IMG/VR virus record: IMGVR_UViG_3300002092_000032
Location: 24,171-88,170 of that record
DNA: 64,000 bases
From: a virus
Strand: one strand, 5' to 3'
This document shows, piece by piece, positions 58,774-64,000 of this stretch; position 1 is the first letter of the stretch, and each line of letters begins with the position of its first letter. The notes under the pieces were generated by a model. The model was not told the DNA's origin. It saw only the letters and a program-made list of their open reading frames with translations, and ran no database searches. A program made the position numbers and the translations under genes.

Positions 58774-59315
58774 ACTACAAGAACCCGTCCTGGCAACACG
58801 TAGATACATCTTATTTAAAAACATTTGGTAATGAAGTACCTGTTTATTCTCCCTCTGTTTATAGAGAATACCGGGGAGAGATATTTACGACATATCATTC
58901 TGAAACACACCCAGTAAAAGAACTACTACCTAATGATGCAGTAGTGCATAATAGGTTTTCCAAATCATATGTCGGCGTGCTACGAGGATTGCATTATGAT
59001 GATAAGACATGGAAATTGGTACAAGCATTAGTTGGTGAAATATACCTAGTAGTACTAGATGTCCGTGAAGGTTCTGAAACATTTGGCAAGTGGGAGTCAT
59101 ACATAATCTCTGAACAGACTAGGGATCAGGTACTAGTTCCGCCGGGATTCGCAAATGGACATTTTGCATTAACCAATTGTGTATTTCATTATAACTTGTT
59201 CTACACTGGTGGATATGTTGATGAAAATAAACAAGGGGTAATTAAATGGAATGATAAGCGATTCAACATTGAATGGCCCTCGGATTCCCCTATACTTCAA
59301 AAGAGAGATAGATGA
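58770..59315 (+). CDS. NDP-4-keto-sugar 3,5-epimerase (RmlC cupin family, Cj1430-type)
   Basis: RGEIFT, SYVGVLRGLHYDDKTWKLV, VPPGFANGH, WNDKRFNIEWP..SPILQKRD. Confidence 0.85.
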   Translation: MNYKNPSWQHVDTSYLKTFGNEVPVYSPSVYREYRGEIFTTYHSETHPVKELLPNDAVVHNRFSKSYVGVLRGLHYDDKTWKLVQALVGEIYLVVLDVREGSETFGKWESYIISEQTRDQVLVPPGFANGHFALTNCVFHYNLFYTGGYVDENKQGVIKWNDKRFNIEWPSDSPILQKRDR

Positions 59316-59938
59316 TAAATTTAGAACAATATCCGATTCAACGAGAATCAATTTATACCGAAGATGATTTGATTAAGTTTGAAGAATTAATAGCATCTCA
59401 TTGGGAATCTGCGAGGATACGAGGCCCGGTGCATTTGTCTAACGGCAATGAAAAACAACTCATAGAAATATTCAAAAGAATTAGTACTACTGATTGGGTA
59501 TTTTCTACTTGGAGATCCCATTATCATGCACTACTTAAAGGGATATCGCCGGACTGGTTAGAACAACAAATTTTAGCTGGAAAATCTATTACAATTTGTA
59601 ATGTGGATGAAAAGTTTTATTCTTCCGCTATAGTTGCTGCAACACTATCGATAGCACTAGGAGTGGCACAGTCAATCAAAAAAGATAACGGGACTGACAA
59701 AGTATGGTGTTTTGTCGGCGACATGGGTTTTGAATCTGGTATATTTTATGAAGTGCACAAGTATGCTAGAAATTTTGATTTACCGCTTTATTTTATAGTA
59801 GAAGATAACGGAATATCTACTTATACCCCAACAGAAGCAACATGGAATTCTAAAAGAGATATACCAGACGATGTGATTCATTATTCATATGCTTCTAAAT
59901 TTCCACATTATGGAACAGGTAAATGGATAGCATTTTAA
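59312..59938 (+). CDS. Short ThDP-dependent dehydrogenase E1 alpha-like subunit
   Basis: GPVHLSNGNE, STWRSHYHAL, ThDP motif VGDMGFESG...FIVEDN; only 208 aa. Confidence 0.8.
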   Translation: MINLEQYPIQRESIYTEDDLIKFEELIASHWESARIRGPVHLSNGNEKQLIEIFKRISTTDWVFSTWRSHYHALLKGISPDWLEQQILAGKSITICNVDEKFYSSAIVAATLSIALGVAQSIKKDNGTDKVWCFVGDMGFESGIFYEVHKYARNFDLPLYFIVEDNGISTYTPTEATWNSKRDIPDDVIHYSYASKFPHYGTGKWIAF

Positions 59939-61314
59939 AACTAGTCTATAGTGATTGGTGTAATACGGGAACTTATAAAGAACCTATTCCAAACGGGGTG
60001 CATTCGGCGTTGGTGAAATATATTCAAGCTGCTGTTTTAGAACACAAAACGTTAGGTGAAGTGCAACAAGAAGTAGAATCAGAAAATAATTCATTGGTAT
60101 TTGTGCATGACCATGGCAATTTTATAGGTTATCATAGAAAATATCATCATGAATCTACACTGGTTACTACAGAAGATATAGTAGATGATAACTCTATCTA
60201 TCTTTATCCGGTTGAAATAAGAACAACCCTCGATTCGCTGTTTAATACAATGGATTTTGTCCTTGATGGTCAAAAATACGAGTACAGCTTTAAAAACAGT
60301 ATTCCGTCAGATGTAATATCGCTTTTAAAAAGTGGCAAAGTAAAATTATTAATTAATTACCTACATGAACCGATGGCTTCAACTGAAGACATTTATTTTA
60401 CTAATATTGAAAATAAGATGAATGAATTGGGAATAGATGGTAGTAATATCATAGTAGTTGGTGGTAACAGGTATAATCATCCAACAAGTAAATTTAAATT
60501 TACAGACGGTGGTATATTAATAGGTCAGCAAACGGCAGCTGACACAGATTCTTATCCTAAATTAACAGCATTGGGATACGTTTCTGATATAGTCAGAGAA
60601 TCCGATTTGAATAAAAACAAAATAAGAAATAAAAGATTTTTATGTTTTAATAGAACAATGAAGTCGCATAGATTTATGATTGCTTATCTAGCATTAAAAT
60701 ACAATTTATTAGAAAATAGCATATTCAGCTTTATCAACTTAAACGGATTTACAACTGACGGCATATACCATTGGCTTACTTTTTATCTAGGTGATGTTGA
60801 TAATTTGCGAGAAATTTCGTCAACCATACATGATTTTATTCCTTACGAAATCGACACGCATCATTTATCAGTTGCCGAAAAACAAGGGTTTGGAAATGAA
60901 AATTCTAAAAAAGAACTATATTTGGACACCTATTTACATTTAACCTCCGAGACTAAATTTGACACCGGTGATGATCCCTTCTTCTCAGAAAAAACATACA
61001 GACCATTGATGAATCTGCAACCTTTCATATATATTGGAAATCATCATGCTTTAGAGAAATTACACAATATGGGATTTAAAACATTTTATCCCTACATAAA
61101 TGAAGATTACGATTTAGAAGAAGATCCGAAGAAACGAATGGCAATGATAGCCAAAGAGATAGAAATTTTCAACAATAAACCTATCTCAGAGATACATCGG
61201 TGGTATTATTCTATAATTGATGTACTGGTGCATAATCAAAATCATTTAAAGACGATTAAAAACATAAATCCTTTTGAAAAGGTATATTTTGACATCAGAG
61301 GAATGTATGAATAA
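59923..61314 (+). CDS. Second GT10-like putative glycosyltransferase
   Basis: HLTSET...FSEKTYRPLMNLQPFIYIGNHHALEKLHNMGFKTF...INEDYD; paralogous to 57355-58773. Confidence 0.45.
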   Translation: MDSILKLVYSDWCNTGTYKEPIPNGVHSALVKYIQAAVLEHKTLGEVQQEVESENNSLVFVHDHGNFIGYHRKYHHESTLVTTEDIVDDNSIYLYPVEIRTTLDSLFNTMDFVLDGQKYEYSFKNSIPSDVISLLKSGKVKLLINYLHEPMASTEDIYFTNIENKMNELGIDGSNIIVVGGNRYNHPTSKFKFTDGGILIGQQTAADTDSYPKLTALGYVSDIVRESDLNKNKIRNKRFLCFNRTMKSHRFMIAYLALKYNLLENSIFSFINLNGFTTDGIYHWLTFYLGDVDNLREISSTIHDFIPYEIDTHHLSVAEKQGFGNENSKKELYLDTYLHLTSETKFDTGDDPFFSEKTYRPLMNLQPFIYIGNHHALEKLHNMGFKTFYPYINEDYDLEEDPKKRMAMIAKEIEIFNNKPISEIHRWYYSIIDVLVHNQNHLKTIKNINPFEKVYFDIRGMYE

Positions 61315-62245
61315 AGTTTTAATTACCGGCGGCGCCGGCTATCTTGGCTCAACACTATCTGAATATCTTTTAGATAAAGGATATGAAGTCACTGTGTTGG
61401 ACAACCTATTATATAAACAACTATCACTGTTGCATCTCTTTAAGCGTGATAAGTTTACATTCCTATTAGGTGATGTTAGGAATACTGAATTGTTAATTGA
61501 TTTGGTCAAAAGACATGATATAATCATTCCATTGGCTGCTATTGTTGGAATGCCAGCATGTAAAGCGAACCCTCAACTAACGATTGACGTTAATTATAAA
61601 CAAATTGAAACTATCGTAGGTGTATTAACCGATTCCCAAAAGTTAATATTACCAAATACAAATAGTCAGTATGGATCTTCTGATTCTATCATCACTGAAG
61701 AAAGTCCGTTCAAGCCATTATCATTATACGCTGAAACAAAATGCGATGCTGAAAATACAGTATTAAAAAAGGGTAATGGGGTAGTGCTAAGATTAGCGAC
61801 GGTGTTTGGGGTAAGTCCTAGAATGAGACAAGACTTGTTGGTTAATGATTTTGTATACAAGAGCATAGTTGACGGTTACCTAGTACTATTTGAGGCACAT
61901 TTCAAACGTAACTACATCCACGTACAAGATATTGCACAGACATTTGAGTTCGTGATAAATAACTATGCTACATGTAAGGGACAAGCATTCAACGTAGGAC
62001 TGTCAACTGCTAATTTAAGCAAACTTGAATTGGCTAATAAAATCAAAGAATATGTTCCCAATTTGGTAATTAAACAGGATGAATTTAAAGAAGATTTTGA
62101 CAAAAGAAATTATATTGTTTCTAATGACAAGATAGAAAGATTAGGATGGAAACCATTATATAGCTTAGATTATGGAATCAAGCAATTACTGGAAGCATAC
62201 CCACTAATCATTACCCAAAACAACAGGAGTTTCACAAACCTATGA
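61307..62245 (+). CDS. Extended SDR NDP-sugar dehydrogenase/epimerase (Campylobacter Cj1427-type)
   Basis: GGAGYLG, IIPLAAIVG, PNTNSQYG, YAETK (YxxxK), RLATVFGVSPRMRQDLLVNDF; start moved to the ATG at 61307. Confidence 0.85.
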   Translation: MNKVLITGGAGYLGSTLSEYLLDKGYEVTVLDNLLYKQLSLLHLFKRDKFTFLLGDVRNTELLIDLVKRHDIIIPLAAIVGMPACKANPQLTIDVNYKQIETIVGVLTDSQKLILPNTNSQYGSSDSIITEESPFKPLSLYAETKCDAENTVLKKGNGVVLRLATVFGVSPRMRQDLLVNDFVYKSIVDGYLVLFEAHFKRNYIHVQDIAQTFEFVINNYATCKGQAFNVGLSTANLSKLELANKIKEYVPNLVIKQDEFKEDFDKRNYIVSNDKIERLGWKPLYSLDYGIKQLLEAYPLIITQNNRSFTNL

Positions 62246-62694
62246 CAAAAAGAAGATATATACAAACCCTATCTGAACTGGTAGATCGCCTAAGTATTGT
62301 ACAATTAAAGGAGGTGTTTATACCAGAACACAAAGAAGAATATAGTCAGGAAATTGATGATATTGTGCATGATATCCAACTCATCATCGATGAGAACAAG
62401 GCAGTATTAGATGCTGATACTGTTCGTGCTATCGTGGTTGTTTCACAAATGAACCTTCATATTTGGCACAATGAATCAAATTACCGCCGAGGAATTAAAG
62501 ATGGCAATAATTTAGAGTTAACACACGGCTTAAACGGTATTCGTAATACTGCTAAAAATAAAATACAAGAAATTATTGGCGGAAGAAAAGATTACAAGGT
62601 TGACTGTTTGGCTGCTGAATGGAAAGATTGGGAAATCAGTTGGTCAAAAAAAGATGATTCTGAATCTCACCGCAAGGCCAAAGAAAAAAAATAA
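62242..62694 (+). CDS. Helical hypothetical protein (DUF6165-like)
   Basis: LSELVDRLSIVQLK...NLHIWHNES..R...LNGIRN..KNKI pattern; ATGA-coupled. Confidence 0.45.
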   Translation: MTKRRYIQTLSELVDRLSIVQLKEVFIPEHKEEYSQEIDDIVHDIQLIIDENKAVLDADTVRAIVVVSQMNLHIWHNESNYRRGIKDGNNLELTHGLNGIRNTAKNKIQEIIGGRKDYKVDCLAAEWKDWEISWSKKDDSESHRKAKEKK

Positions 62695-63533
62695 TGAAAA
62701 CAAAATCTGATAAGGTAATTAAAGGCATGGTATTTGCAGGATGCTCTTTTACTTGGGGACAAGGATTGTATTTTTATAGCAATTTACCAACGTTAGCCGA
62801 ACCTAAGCCATATCATTACGATCAAAGTTTGGTAAAAGAAACTCATATGGCATATATGAGATCGGTAAGACATCCTAGACTAGTGGTAAATCATTTTAAC
62901 ACGTATGAGATTACTCAACCATTTAACGGCGGATCGCATGATTCAATTTTAAATTGGTGGAAAGCTAGTTTTTCTAAAGACCCCAATTGGAATTCTGAGT
63001 CTGATTTTACCGTACCTAAATTAGATTATAGTGATATATCACATTTAGTATTTCAATGCACCCAACCACATAGATGTTGGCTTATGCTAAACGATAAAGA
63101 TAACCGACCGTATCAAGTTAACTTTAATGATGCATATCGACCAGAAAATCGTGATGATTTTATCAGATGGTTAAAAAATAATAATATGACGGAAGATGAT
63201 TATCAGCAGTACTATATTAATCAAAGCATGGATAAAGTAAAAAATTTCTTACAAGAAGTTGAAAGTAATGGTGTTAAAACTGTTATATTTACTTGGCCAA
63301 CTGAGAACGTACCATACATAAAAAATGATACATGGCTCAGTGAAAGATTTCTGAACTTTAAATACAATGGTATGACCTACGATAGCATTGATACGTTGAT
63401 GCGGTATAATGCAGAATTAGAAATATTAAGAGATACTGATAATTTTGAAATTACCCCCGGTGATCATCATCCTTCGCAAAAATGTCATCAAGTAATGGCT
63501 GAGAATATAATAAATCACATAGAAAGAATGTAA
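62694..63533 (+). CDS. SGNH-like hydrolase/acyltransferase
   Basis: VFAGCSFTWGQG, NGGSHD, C-terminal GDHHP. Confidence 0.6.
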   Translation: MKTKSDKVIKGMVFAGCSFTWGQGLYFYSNLPTLAEPKPYHYDQSLVKETHMAYMRSVRHPRLVVNHFNTYEITQPFNGGSHDSILNWWKASFSKDPNWNSESDFTVPKLDYSDISHLVFQCTQPHRCWLMLNDKDNRPYQVNFNDAYRPENRDDFIRWLKNNNMTEDDYQQYYINQSMDKVKNFLQEVESNGVKTVIFTWPTENVPYIKNDTWLSERFLNFKYNGMTYDSIDTLMRYNAELEILRDTDNFEITPGDHHPSQKCHQVMAENIINHIERM

Positions 63534-63546
63534 TGAGCATAAAATA

Positions 63547-64000
63547 ATGACACGACAAAACACCGCATATAAAGATGCATTGACCAGTGCTATGACATTT
63601 CTTGGAGAGCAAGAAAATACTATTTTTGTAGGTCAGCAGATTGTTTATGCAGGAAATCCAATGAGTACTACATTAGGTAATGTGTCAAAGGATAAGATGA
63701 TTGAATTGCCAGTCATGGAAGAAACTCAAATGGGAATGAGTTTGGGAATAGCCATGATGGGAAAGACTGTAATTACGTTTTATCCACGATGGGATTTTAT
63801 TATTTCTGCAACAACTCAATTGGTAAATCATGTAGATAAGTTTGAATTAATGACAGGCAAAAGAGCAAATATATTAATTCGTTTGGGAAAAGGATCAGAC
63901 AAACCATTAGATCCGGGTCATCAACATAAAGGTAACTATTTAGAAGAATTTAAATCATTATGCCCTAATATTATATTTCACGATTTAAAAGATCATTCTA
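63547..64000 (+). CDS. ThDP enzyme E1 beta / transketolase pyrimidine-binding subunit (runs off the window)
   Basis: Not in the ORF track. MTRQNTAYKDALTSAMTFLGEQENTIFVGQQI...ELPVMEETQMGMSLGIAM...FYPRWDF...QLVNH...GHQH. Confidence 0.85.
   Translation, partial: MTRQNTAYKDALTSAMTFLGEQENTIFVGQQIVYAGNPMSTTLGNVSKDKMIELPVMEETQMGMSLGIAMMGKTVITFYPRWDFIISATTQLVNHVDKFELMTGKRANILIRLGKGSDKPLDPGHQHKGNYLEEFKSLCPNIIFHDLKDHS

Noticed and set aside
59312-59938. Pyruvate dehydrogenase auxiliary metabolic gene
   Set aside because: The alpha subunit is only 208 aa, is separated from beta by four glycan-context genes, and no E2/E3 is in view; carboligation on a sugar fits the context better, though this is unproven.
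1-64000. Stop-codon reassignment as in some jumbo phages
   Set aside because: Genes are full length in code 11, and TAA, TAG (e.g. 4668, 12227, 13051) and TGA (e.g. 52278, 56539) all end recognisable proteins.

Overview
The whole window is one continuous piece of a large T4-like (myovirus-type) phage genome in standard genetic code, with no host genes. From left to right it has: (i) a minus-strand head module (partial major capsid gp23, scaffold gp22, prohead protease gp21, acidic core protein, portal gp20) interrupted by one inverted SGNH-like gene; (ii) a tape-measure-like protein carrying a GH24 lysozyme domain; (iii) a gp26-like gene ending in a canonical -1 frameshift signal that leads into an ORF missed by the ORF track; (iv) a ~370 bp hairpin-rich non-coding element; (v) Holliday junction resolvase, a free-standing GIY-YIG homing endonuclease, gp46/gp47 and late sigma gp55; (vi) a plus-strand baseplate/tail module (gp48/54-, gp53-, gp5-, gp25-, gp6-like, a 5864-aa giant protein, paired fibre genes); (vii) a tightly coupled operon, apparently late-transcribed, of glycosyltransferase-like, SGNH, radical SAM and nucleotide-sugar enzymes. 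That operon includes a 4-keto-sugar-forming dehydrogenase, a 3,5-epimerase and a split ThDP enzyme, which together suggest phage-made branched-sugar glycans. The strongest leads are the gp26 frameshift, the branched-sugar/glycan operon and the structured non-coding element. All family assignments come from motifs read by eye and remembered family sequences; no database searches or folding programs were run.
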